NCBI GenBank assembly: GCA_012295275.1 | Contig: CM022670.1 | Location: 2,046,001 to 2,110,000 of the forward strand | Direction of reading: 5' to 3' | DNA from: Chrysomallon squamiferum | Taxonomy: Eukaryota > Animalia > Mollusca | Length of the DNA: 64,000 bases | Shown: positions 13,131-38,926 of the stretch, in pieces | Layout of the letters: each line of letters starts with the position of its first letter | How positions within the stretch are numbered: position 1 is the first letter of the stretch | Notes under the pieces: generated by a model | What the model saw: the letters and a program-made list of their open reading frames with translations, nothing else | Told to the model about the DNA's origin: nothing | Databases searched by the model: none | Translations under genes and position numbers: made by a program

Positions 13131-15046
13131 CATTATTATTTAAAAATTAGTGGGTTTTTTCACAAATTTAGTTTAAATAAACAACTGAGCACTGCACACA
13201 GGCTTCAACAAAGAACTATAATCTCCGTCCGGAACTCTTTGCTCTGTGAAAGGACATTAATCATATCTGTAGACTGACTCACTGCAGCATGTTAACTTGA
13301 GGCTAGACTTTACAGTGACGCAGCGTAATGGATAAAAACAAACCATACCAGATTTGAGAAGTGAAATGTTTACACAGACAGAGGTTTACGTAACTTGGAG
13401 CACCGCATTAACTCCGAGGCTCTGTCGAATCTGACACGTTCATGGTGTGGGCAAGAAAAATAAAAATAAAAATCTTTTGAAAACGAGATCCTTAACGGAA
13501 AAGTAAAGAAAATCCAGAAACTGAACGCTTGTTTAAAATCATATACAAGATTTTTAAATTTTTAATAAGTAAAATCTGTCACAGAAAGGAACAGTATAAG
13601 TTTTAGGAATTAGTTACATCGTATGTCATCAAATAATTATCATACATTTATCAGTAATATACCAAAATGAAAACTCAGCACTATTTTAAAGTATATATAA
13701 AATTAAAGACAAAAAATGGAAAAAAAAAGAAAGAAAATTAGTTTCATCCAGACTTTTTTTGTATAAAAGTATAAATAAAAATATACCTTTCTTGTACGAT
13801 ATATTTACAGAGAATAAAGAGTCAAAAAAAAATATATATAGCAAAAGTTCATTAACGTGAAGACGATGGAGTAGATACACAGTCTGTTTTGACTTTTCTT
13901 TCTCTTGATAACTTTATACGAAGTTAACATCACAAGGAAAATACGACGAATACGAGTCTACTTATCCAAACATTTAATCACAAATCTCAGTGTTTGTTAT
14001 CATTAGAAATACACAGATAGATGTGACAGAACGACATATAAAATCAAATCAAACAAAAATTAATTTGTGTGACTGGAGATCATCCATTACATAACAACAC
14101 TTAGTTGAAACAACAATAGTCTAATGGAATGACTGTCTGCTTGTATCTTTTCTTTTTTATATTTATGTATGGAAATAGGGTACTACTGAAGTATATACTT
14201 AAAATATGTGTGTGTGTGTGCGTGCGTGTATGTGTGATTAATTAAAGATTTAGTTGTATCAGAGATAAATATATTCAACTGCAGTTCATTTAGGAACTAT
14301 AATAAATTACAGGGTTTATTTCATCATCCTTACTTAAATATAAAACACCAACTAATCCATATTATTTCCACATAAAATGTAAGTTAAAATTGTACTAATA
14401 AATCCTTTGAAAGTAATAAACTATTTCCTTTGTCCTCCTCTCTCACACCATCCCCCCTCTGCCTGTTGTTATTATAACAGCACGAAAATACAACAGAAAA
14501 ACAAACAAACAATAACATTATTTTTTATTTATGAAAATATTATTTCAAAACCGTACGCGATTATAATAAATATACAAGTTCATTTATTTAGTGTACAAAT
14601 CACATTCACGACCCGCACTGCGCCACACGCACCAAAAAAAAAAAAAAAAAAAGATATAATAATCAAAACGTACAAGATAATGTGTCTGTAACAGTAATCA
14701 AATCCAGTATGATTCGTCACACATATATACGCATTTTGGCACCAAGGAAATGATTCGTATTGCGTCATTTTGTTTTTGATTTCTTATAATTATTATGTAC
14801 ATTATATCTACAATAACAAAGAAACGTTATTATCCATAACAAAAATACACCAAGGTATATTGGATATTACTGTTATTATTATTTAAAATTCGTGTGTATT
14901 CTTGTTTTAAAATTTCAAGCTACAAAATATTTTCCGCGGCTAAAAATAACATTTTATGAAAGACGAGATTATTTAAAATAATTAATTAATAGTATTAATT
15001 AAAATAATTTTCTAAAAAAAAAAAAAATAAAAAAAAAAAATTAAAA

Positions 15047-15081
<35 letters not shown>

Positions 15082-16529
15082 AATGAATTAAAATTAAAAA
15101 TAAAAAGTACACGTTATTTCCCGTTCCAGCCAATGCTGAACGATTAGTTTATCAAAAGCCATTGCATTGTGCTTTCCTGACTTTACGTCTCAACTGTATC
15201 ACAGCAAAAGTCAACAAAGACTGAGTTGCCGTGAAATTCACCTTTACCGGAATTGAATTCTGTGGCCCAAAAGTCATAATAAAATCACATCTATTCACTG
15301 ACATACTTGTATTGCAGCAGTGTCCCTGGTATCTACTAGGCTCTGTATGTACAAAAATATATATAAACATTTGTTTTGGACTTATATAAAACATACATAT
15401 ACATACATAACATGATACGTAATAATCAATAATATATATCCAGATACCTATTTTACAAAAAGTTTTACTTTTTCTGATCTCTTGTTCATTAATCCTAATT
15501 TAATTTGACATCAAGTAATAAAAATAAATATATAATTACACTGCATCCTTGATAACCAGTAATGGAAATTATATGAAAACATTCACATATCACTATAGGA
15601 AATTCACTATTACAGTTAGCTTGGAAGTGCTTTGAAACATGCTGACAGCCTAGAATTGTTATGAGCAAAAATTTACAGCTCACATTACAAAATTAGCTTA
15701 CATCTGATATTAACAGTGGTTACTGTGGATACCGATGACGATTATAGTTTCATTCATTTTCGGTTCGTTTGATATTAATAATATTTAAAATAATTCTTAA
15801 AAGATTATTACAAAGGAACCTAGCTAGGGTAATGACGATGTCTAATACAGTGCTACTGAAACTTTCATTTAAAAAAAAAAAATAATAAATAAATAAAAAA
15901 AAAAAAAAATTAAAAAAAATTAAAAAAATAAAAAAAAAAATAATATATTTTATGACATTTTTGAGTTGAAATATGTCTGAAATAGTTCAGTGGTATTTAA
16001 GAATGACAATTACTTCTGCCGTTAGAAAATTCTACAAATAGCATTTTTTTTTAAAAAAAATACGCAATACGCACATGAAATATTGTATAAAGAAAATTTC
16101 ACATCAGTTTTATCTGATCCAGTTAAAATTATCAATTATTATTTGAAAATCAATGATGGAGTGGTTACACAGAAATGTACTCAAGGTTTAGAAAAAGGGT
16201 ACCAAAACTGGGGTGGGGGAGTAACTTAATTATATAATTATTATGCTAGTGACGGACAATAAAAATATAATGCAGTTTTTTAATTTTTCAGAAATAAATG
16301 CTCGTTTTTAAACTCTATTCACCATCACCATTTATGAACCAGAAAAATACCCATAGAAATATAACAATATTTCACATTTCCACAATAAAAAAACAACAAA
16401 AGAAACAAAAGAAACAACAAAAAAAACCAACAACAATAAAATAAAATACAAATTACATTTAACTTTGATTGCATTAAATAATAAATTAATATACGTTACG
16501 CGATATTGAGATACAGATATAGATTACAA

Positions 16530-16669
16530 GCTAAATTTGCAGTTTAAATTGTGACCTTTATACAAATAATGTTCTTCAATATTTTTTTTTTTTTTTGTTG
16601 TTTGCACGCAAAAAGAACAAACCAAAAAATTGTTTTTGTTGAGGTCTAAATTCTGACTGCAAATTTAGC
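16530..16669. repeat. About 40-bp imperfect inverted repeat, possible small MITE
   Basis: gctaaatttgcagt at 16530 is the perfect reverse complement of actgcaaatttagc ending 16669. Imperfect pairing continues inward (aattgtgacct / aggtctaaatt), and caa flanks both sides. Confidence 0.6.
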
Positions 16670-17224
16670 CAACATTTTCTTAAACAAAAAACAAAAAAAG
16701 TCTTAGTTTTATTCTTATGGTTTAAATAAATAAATAAAAATAAAAAATAAAAAATTATATCATCATTTTCCCACCAAGTCTATATCCTTTTTTTTTTTTT
16801 TTTTTTTTTTTTAATTAGGTGTTTTTCCCTAACGTCTGCTTATAAACTGTCATGATTTGTTGACTGCGCATGCTTGATTACATTCTGCTTCCGTTCCAAA
16901 ATTATTATCGTTTCCATCACAGCCACCATAAATAAACATTTCACATTCCATCGTCTGAACGTTGAAAAAATACCTGGGGAAAGCTGCACTGCACGTGCCT
17001 ATTTTCAAAGGCAAGGCGCATAACTCGTGTAGGCCTTCCGGTACAAAAAATTCTGAAAAAAATTAATTAAGTATTATTTAAAAATTATCATAGAATGCAA
17101 AAAAGTTGGAGAAAATAAATAAAAGGAAGCAAAGCGTAATAAATGGCTTACTTTATTTTTTCTTTAATTTTTCTCTTGAGCTAATTTTTTCATACTGAAT
17201 TAATATATGACATGGGTACTATTT

Positions 17225-17524
<300 letters not shown>

Positions 17525-18540
17525 TAATCGTCCTTCTTCATTACATTAAATACACACACTTTAGACGTTCTGAATTTTTTCCACAACTACAATTAAGCAA
17601 AAGCGTCTCTTTTAAGATAAAAGTATTTGTTATCAGCACCTCAAGGTTTACAGATACTGACACACAGCTGCACGGACTTGTTTCACTGATAGTGTTACAT
17701 GTAAAGTCTATTCTGATAACAACGGCTTGCCTCAATTAAGATAAATATTAATCACAGAGTTCATAATTTTTATACTTTTACTGTAGCTGAATTCAGAAAT
17801 TTCATACATAAGCGTTTTTCCCCAGCGTCCTTCACATAGTATTATTTATTATCTGATCTACTGTTAATATTGTCTGTATAAAATCTTCTGTAACAGCGTA
17901 AGATTTAATTTGCTTTGTAGTCAGTTTCAGAAATAAACTCACACACACACAGACATATACATGCACGCATACACACACACGTACGTGTATATATGGGTCG
18001 TGGGATTGAGTTGTTTTAAGACTATTGTAAATATATTCGGTAATGAAAAGCTCTGTTATAAGACAAAATCTCTAAATGTGTACTTGTTGAAACTGGTTAC
18101 ACTTAGCACTTTTTGCATTTGTTACGGTGATAACGAATAAAGCTGTTTTGAAGTTGTTAACATCGTCAGTGACATCTCACAAGTCATTAAGTGAACTTCT
18201 GAAATTTAGGTGTGATTAAAGAGAAAGAGTTTGGAGTAGTATAGGTTTATTTTATTATCATCATCATCATCATCATCATCATAATCATTATTATTATTAT
18301 TATTTTTAGTTAGTTATTTTTGTTTAAATGTTTAAATTTTTCTTAGGTGTGTGTAAGCGTGCGTACGTGTTTGTGTCCATGTGCATGCGAACGTGTGTCT
18401 GTGTGTGTGTGTGTGTGTGTGTGTTCATTTTGATTTCTTGGCTTACGTTTATTCGTTTATTGGTGTATTTTATTTTTGAAAGGTTGAAACTGTTTTGGTG
18501 GGGCACTTTTTAGTCCAGAGTTATAACGAAATATTCTTAC

Positions 18541-28612
<10,072 letters not shown>

Positions 28613-28679
28613 GATCACATATAGCTCAAACTGTTGTGGTCACATGATCAAAGCAATACTGCTGTAATTCTAGTTTCTA

Positions 28680-28698
28680 TCGAGAGAGGGCGCTGTGG
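28680..28698 (+). promoter_or_regulatory. CTCF-like motif just upstream of the orphan gene start
   Basis: AGAGGGCGCTG matches the 3' core of the CTCF consensus; the 5' half is imperfect. Confidence 0.35.
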
Positions 28699-29725
28699 TC
28701 GTAAACCGATTCATATAAAAGGTTTCTCTTCTAATTTTGAACGGTTCGTCGTAACATAGGATTTAATATATATTCATTTATTTTTTCATAGTTATTAAAA
28801 TAAAGAGACTACACAAAGTATTTGTATCTTAGGTGAATGAAAAAAAATTTACATTTGTAACCACAGAATGTTTGAATGAAGATATCATTATTTTGTTTAA
28901 ATAACATGTTTATTTCTATAAAGGTAACCAACATATACTAATTCCAAAAACACGACTTTTGAAGGGTTTTAAATCATTTGATACTGCCTGATTTTGTCAA
29001 CATTGTATTAATCTGTTGTTTAAATATCCGGCAAGATTGGGATCGGAGGTACTGTTTATGCAGGATAAATCTTTAAAAAAAAAAATAAAATGAAACAAAT
29101 TTCTTTTCAACATATAATTTTTAAATTCCAAAATATAAAGAACGATTGGAGAAAGGAACCGAAGGTTTGATTTTCATTAATTTATTTGAAATACAGAGAA
29201 AATGCTTTTCACAAGCATTTTCTTTCTGGACCTTTTAAAAAAAAAAAAAAAAAAAAAAACAAATAATAACATTTTGTTTTACAGCAACACTCAAATGAAT
29301 TTGAATCAAAGAAACCCAAACAAAAAACCTAAATTCAAAAGAATTTCAAAAACAGCATGTAACTGAAAAGAACCATATATATATATATATATATTTTAAA
29401 ATTAACAAATTTAAGTTGGAACTGAAAAGAACCACGAATTATTGAATTTTAAATTAATAATAATAATAATGTCTAGAAACTGAAATTCATTATTTTCATT
29501 ATTTTCTATCAGTCAATATAAAATTAATATGCCATTTACGTAAAGCAATATTTGCGAATTTCAGCGATAAAAACTATAATTTAATGATTTTCAAATGACA
29601 TAGGTGTGATCTTTTAAACTTGGCACCTAAACATTTACAAAACAATATCAGACAGCCCAATTAAAGTAACATTTTTTAAACCTTTTATGTTTTGTTGCTG
29701 TTGGATTGTTGTTGTTTTTTTCTTG

Positions 29726-29757
<32 letters not shown>

Positions 29758-29879
29758 TTATTGCTGCTTTTTTGTTTGTTTTGTTTTGTTTAATTTTTTC
29801 TTTCGAAGGTGCTCAAATTATTGACTACTGAGTTATTTTATAGTTAAAATGTGGTCCTGTGACCAGTCTATTTTATATT

Positions 29880-29925
29880 TACTTCCGGCATCCGGTATTG
29901 CGTGTCAACAGACCGGCGTGACAAA
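29880..29925 (+). promoter_or_regulatory. UFM1 core promoter/5' UTR with ETS-type sites
   Basis: ACTTCCGGCATCCGG immediately upstream of the split start codon; local CpG cluster. Confidence 0.55.
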
Positions 29926-31917
<1,992 letters not shown>

Positions 31918-34900
31918 CAAAGTTTACATTTAGTTCAGTAGGAAATAATAAATTTAAAGTGAGCTGGATTCGTGAAGAACTGAAACGCTGAAGTGGAAAT
32001 CAGATTTCATTAATTTAATTTGTTCCACTGAAAACATATAAGATCCATTATGATTAATAGAATATTTGTGTCTTATTATCATGACAAACCTCTAAGAATG
32101 TTAATGTTAGGAAAACATAAAGATATTTTAATATGTCTTATATTATTTAAAATGTGTAAATGTAAAAAGAAATATTAATTTTATTTCACTACTTCCTCTT
32201 CACAGTGTGGAATGTTTAATATTAATTACTCTTGTTTGATAATTTATTTATTTCTTCTTAAAATCATTGGCACAAATCTGATATTAACATTAATTATTTT
32301 CATAATTATTTTTAGCTTCAAGAGTAAAACTGCATTCCATGTTTCATTACTGACAAAGGCCACAACGATATATTAAAAACTAAAGCGGTCCTTACCTTTT
32401 CTTTTATTTATTTGTTTTATTTTATTTTATTTTATTTTATTTTATTTTATATTTACATTTTCTATCACATGAAAATCATAATTATTTAAATTTTAACACT
32501 TACAGTTTTAGATCCTAATAAATGATTTAAAAAGACAAAAAGTCCTCACTTGATCTAAGATATTGTTAAGAATCATAAATAAATCATTGATATGCCTTAT
32601 AAAGCACAAAACCATTCATTAGTCTGCAGGTACAGCCATCTGATGTATTCAGAGCCAGAGCTATCCAGTATGCAAACTGGATAGTTAAATTAATATCAAA
32701 TATCAAAATGTCGCACAATGTTAAGATACTCATATAGAATCAGATGGCATTCTTGCTTCCTAGAGACATGCAAGGGACAGGTATGGTTTGTGTAAGGCAA
32801 TGAATAGTCTTGTGCCAACTCTGAATGTAATATAAATACATGTAATATAAATACACACACACATATATATACATACATACACAATCAAAACATCTAGTCT
32901 TAGTCAGGTTGTAGCATTTACATTGTATAATTATACCATGGCTTTTCTCTTTAATGTCAAATTTAAAAATTTGTTTCAGCACCAGAAAAATGTTTTAAAA
33001 AAACAAAAAACAACTAAATCAACATATTGGTAATTTTGTTCATGTCTATTACTCTAACAGATGTAACTTTTCGTTACAATAATAATTTATTTATTTATTG
33101 TTTGTCTTCAAGTTCTTCATAATTTGGCATCTTAATGTATTTGTGTTCAGTACCCTGACACAGGACACTAAAGGATTTGAGACTACAGTGGATCCATCAC
33201 CAGCATGTTAATTATCATTAAATTTTTTTTTGAGAGGTCAAAAAGATATTATGGTGCAGTTTTTTATTTGTATATTTGTCTTTGTAATACGGTTTGTGGT
33301 TCTTTTAATTTTTCTTTTGTTTATTGAAGCCATGTTTACCAGACACATGTATTACATCAGTGTCTGATGTATAATAATTTTAAAACAAACCTTTTTGTTT
33401 TAAATTCATTTTTGTTAATAAAATATTTATTAAATCTTCAGTATGTTTTATTTATTTATTATTGTTTTTTACTTTCCTCGAATGTAAATTGGTTAAATAG
33501 AACAAATTAAATCAATAAAAACAACAAAATACATAAATATTGATCAGTATTTTTTAATTCTCTAATATATGGTGAAAAATAAGTAATTCATTTTTTTTTT
33601 TTTTTTTAAAAAGCTTCAAACAAGGCACAAATAAATTTTAATTTTTTCCCCACATTATTATGCATGAAAATGGTAACTAATCATTTCAACACATGCTTTT
33701 ACTTTTTTGCATAAATTACATATAATATATAGGATTATAAAATTTGCAACAAAGGAAAAAAACAAGTTTGTAAATTTTCATAAACTGTATCTAAATACTA
33801 ATGTAAACAAGACTTGATTTTAATATGTTCTATTACTCTGGTAACAAAATAATATTGTCATATATATATTAGCTTATAAATAATTCTAAATTTTTTAAAT
33901 TATATAAATGTCTTGACCCTGTATTTAACAGCAGCACTGAACAAAGTATTTGGTTAACTTAAAAAGTAATACTGTCAAAATTGTGATACTATAAATTCAA
34001 GAAAACAAAATTATGCCTGTGACCTAAGAAGTTCCAAATGATGTCAATGACATAATAATAAAGTATTTGCTGCCTTGAACCTACATATGTTTATTTTTCT
34101 AAATATTATAAGCCTGTGTGATACCTGCCAGAATCTTCGATTGTCTGGGAAAAAGTAACTGATGTTTATCCAGTTTCATTGCATTTTGTATATTATTAGC
34201 AGATATGACATTCAATACTGACATTCTGTTCTTTAGAAAATAAACATTAAGTCAAGAAGAATTATTTTTCAAGTTCAAAGGATTGTTCAATGATTGGCAC
34301 AAGTGCTTCCCTGAATCCACTTATACTGTGAACCCTGCAAGTTGTACATAATTCTTATATCAAAAATAAAATGGTATCACTAAACATTCCATTTTTCTCC
34401 CATCTTAATATTTCTTTTCAATGACAGAAATTTTGTCAACAAAACTGAAACATAAAATCTGCACATAAAAAATTTAGAGGAACCAGAAATGTTTTTTTTC
34501 TTTGTTGTATGACATATCTTACTAAATAATTTCAGACTTTGTGACCCATCACAAAGTTACAGATCTTAAGTTGCATTTTGATTGGTGTTGTGAACATTTT
34601 CAGATTCCTGACTTAGTCAGATTCATTTTTATATCTCATTTATCCCTGTATCATGTTTAGTTCCAGAAATATAGTGAGAAATGTCTGGACAAATTGGGTG
34701 GTTTCTTGTATCCAGCAAATAACAGTGTTGTAGAAGTTTTCTAAAACACACTTTAATGTCTGTCAGTTTTGTTACTGAATCAAAGAGATAAGGTAAACAT
34801 ACTGATAAAGCCATTTTTAACAAAATATCAAAATGGAAAAATCTGGTGTCACTCCACTGTTGGTGGATAAAGCTCAATATCTGGCCATGTGACTTAAGAC

Positions 34901-35636
34901 CTGATTTGATGTGATGGGTAGCATTTACTACTTTTTTAATATGTTTACAAAGATGAATTTTGATTTGAAAAATATGTAAAAAAAAAAAAAAAAAAAAAGA
35001 TTAAAATACAAAGAAAGAATTTGAAAAAATAGCCTAAATATTAAAAAAAGAGATAAAAAAATAACACATTTCCAGTCCCTCTTAAAAATTAGTTGTTCTA
35101 CTTAGTACAAATTATAATATATTTCAAAAACTGTGATTTTACAATCTGTTTTTAAATGTTCAGCCGTTTTCAGTAATAACAACTGCAGGAAATGAAAATG
35201 TAATCAAATAAAAAGGTAAATATTTGAAAAATACACATCTGCTTACAAACAATGCATCACATTAATTAAATGGAAAGAACAACATCTGCAAAAATGGTCC
35301 CTTTATCATTGAGCATTTAAATACTGGAAAACCAGCTTCCAAAACCAGCACATTTAAAAATGATCTTCAATCAAATTATACAATGTATTTCTTAATAAAA
35401 ACCATATTAATAGGAAAAAACATAAAAATCTAAATCTGAATTTTAAATTTTAAATGAAATGACTAAGATGACACTGATAATATTTACATAATCCAATGTA
35501 GCACTGCAAATTTAATTTCTTTAAATAAACAATAATGTATTACCATATACATTTTGGATTTAGGATTTTCATTTTAAATATGATTAATGTGCATTACATA
35601 TTAGTTCAGAAATTACAAATGAAATTATTCACTCTC

Positions 35637-35690
35637 TCACTGGTTGTTGCGTGGAATCCTACATCCACTCTTGACAGGTTTTACTAATCT
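35637..35690 (-). CDS. CORO7: Candidate alternative last exon of CORO7 (RLVKPVKSGCRIPRNNQ*)
   Basis: Pyrimidine-rich acceptor gcttctttcattccctgtattctcctgtcag, in phase 0 like the donor after ...DEW; 54 nt to TGA. Confidence 0.4.
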   Translation of the reverse strand, partial: RLVKPVKSGCRIPRNNQ

Positions 35691-35913
35691 CTGACAGGAG
35701 AATACAGGGAATGAAAGAAGCAATCAGCAGTTTTATAGGAAAAACAAACATCATCACAGAATTTTTATTTTAAATTAAAACCCAAAATTATTTATTCACA
35801 GAAAGAAATTATCAGCATGTAGTCATTACATATAAAAATACTGTATAAAGAATCCATATCATTTTTTCTTCTCATCTGCTGCCTGTCATCAGAGTGTATT
35901 TCCATTGTAAAGA

Positions 35914-37453
35914 TCAGTCATCCTTTAAAAGAGAAGAGAACATTATTACTTCTACTACCACTACTACTATTAAAACTGCTGCTACTACTACTACTACTAC
36001 TACAACTATTACTACTACTACTATTTCTATATAATTTATTTATTTTTGTTGATGTTATTATTACTGTTATTAATATTATCAATTTTATTGTTGTTGTTGT
36101 TGTTATGGTCTTTACCATCAGCACCTACCTCATTATTATGATCACAGTTATTAATTTATGAATATTAATTAAATTAATTTTACTACCACAAATCCATGGG
36201 CTACTCCTTCTAATTAGCAATACATAATCTTTATATGCACCTTCCTGTACAAAGGAAAGCACATGATTTAGAAAAATCAGTAATGGAACCTTAGCTGGAA
36301 TGGTAATTATAAAAATGAATCCATTTTATAAAATACTTACCCATTCATCATCATCAACGCCCTCAGCAAGGTCCTGTGGTAATGGTTTATCACTGTGGTC
36401 CAGTTTTTTATCTATCGCTTCTATAAGCTAGAAATTAAAAATAGTAAATATGAATTGAAAGGCTTAATCTTTTTAGGTTAAAGTTATCTATAAAAATTAA
36501 ACTATATTTTTTTGAATTCAAATAAAGATGTGAACATGTATAGATGCTCTATATGACTTCTGTTTTATAATGGATAAAATATCATGCATCTATATAATAA
36601 CTGTATCTTGACAGTGTCACAATACACAGAGGATACTGACCAGTGTAACACAATGATCATTACATCATGATCAATGTAACATGATAGGTTTTGCTCAGTA
36701 GTATGTCTTTTGTTATGTTCTCTGAGACCCTCATCAACATACATCTATACAATAACCAAATCATATCAAATGTGTCATTTCAGCCCTACTACTAATATAA
36801 AAACAGTACCTCTTCTTTCTTCTGTTCATCAGTCTTGTAGGTGTCTGGATTGTAACTTTCAAACTTCTTAGGCTTAGGAGCTTCAACTGGTGCTTCACTC
36901 ACTGATTGTAAAATATGACAACATAATAATAACATTTTATAAACAGGTGAGAAAATAAAGAAAATGGGTGCTATTTCTTTTTCACTTTTTTTTAATTATT
37001 TTTTTTTTAGGCTTATTATATTATTTTAATACTTTATATTTAAATTTCATTTATATGGTTGTTCTGTCTACACAGATTAATAAATATAATTTCTTTTTCT
37101 TTTTTTTTGTTAATATGGCAATATGGCTGCCAATTTCAGTTTGGTATCTATAGTCACTTAAAAATATTTTTTTTAAAATGCAATAAATAATAATGAAGGT
37201 ATGTTTTTTCTTGCTTTCTTAATAATAAAGGTTGCATAAAACAAACAACAAATTCAACATATTAAAATAAACGTACAAAGTTTCATGTCAGATGGTCTAA
37301 GACTAATTTTCCTCTGTTGTCGACTGACTCCAGAAAACCACTCAGTACTGGTCATGACTGGTTCCCACGTCACCTTGGTGTCTGGAAACAAGTCATCCTG
37401 GAAGTACTCCATCTAAACAAAATAAACTGTTTATAAATATATTGTTGTCTTCA

Positions 37454-37485
<32 letters not shown>

Positions 37486-38687
37486 AAATTTTGAGTTTCT
37501 ATTTAATAAACAAATTTCTTTATTGAACATTCAGAAATCCAGATAAACCATTTTAATTTGTGAATTTTGTATAGTATCTAAAAATCTATTATACTTCTCT
37601 TTACTTCAGAAAAAAGATTATTTAATCTGTAAATTTTTATTAATTATTGTTAAAATAAATAAAGGATGTAATTTCTGAATTTTGATTCACTGATTTCCAA
37701 AATTAAATGAATGCTTTGTTTAATATATAATGGACTACCTTCACTCTTGGGACAGCGAAAGATACAGGTTCAACTGCTGTCATAGTCAGCATCCAAGCTC
37801 TAGCAAATTCTACTTTTCTGACATCACACACACACTTTGGAAGGAAGGACACCCCCTGAATGAGGCTGCCTGGTTTGAATACAGTCAGGGGAAATAAGAA
37901 GGGTTCCTCATTAATCACTTCATACATCGATATCAGCCCATCACCCTGAAAATAAATAACACCTTTTTTTGAGAATATTTATTTCCAGTGAAGCCATATG
38001 TTAACAAAGGTACAAAAAAAAAAAAAAAAAAAAAAAAAAATGGATTTTAAATTATGACAGACTAAAATGTCAGTATAATGGCTGAAATCCAAAAAGCTTG
38101 AAAATCCAAAATGTTTTCTGAAAAACAAATTATTTTGCTTAAACAAACTTTATTTTATGGTTGAAATTAGTGACTGTTTGTTTAAGCTGTGTATAAGCTG
38201 TAAATGGAATTCATATTTAGACTTAGATGCTGTTCTCAGGCTATCTCTTTCTTTACCAAATCTGAAACATTTCCAGTCCCAAGCATTTCAAATAAAGGAT
38301 TCTCAACCTATATTACCAGAAGATTCAAAAGATGTTTTTATTTTTTTTATTAGGTCATCACCATAAATGACCTATTCAGAACAGACTTGTGGGTTATCCT
38401 AGAAGGATATATATGCTATTAGGAATTCCTGTCAAGTGTGTAACCAATGGATATTCATTTGTTCTCGAGATCTTTAAATAAACTTATTTCATTCTGATCT
38501 TACCCTTCCTGTAAGAAACACAGTAGAACTATCCTCATCGTAGAATGGTACAAGAATGGAAGGTGTGACATCCATGTCAACCACAGACACTGGTGAGGTG
38601 AGATCTTCTACCCTGTACAGCAATAACTGTCGAGTGCTCATTCTGAAATTGATTAATAATAGTAGTAGTAGTAATAATAATAATAAT

Positions 38688-38726
<39 letters not shown>

Positions 38727-38890
38727 CATAATAATAATAGCAAAAGTAGTAGTAATAGTAATAGTAATAATATAGTAATAATAATATAGTAATAATAGTA
38801 ATAGTAATAATAGTAACAGTAATAGTAATACTAATATTACTAGTAATAATAATAACAGCAATAATCATAATACTAATATTAATAGTAACA

Positions 38891-38926
<36 letters not shown>

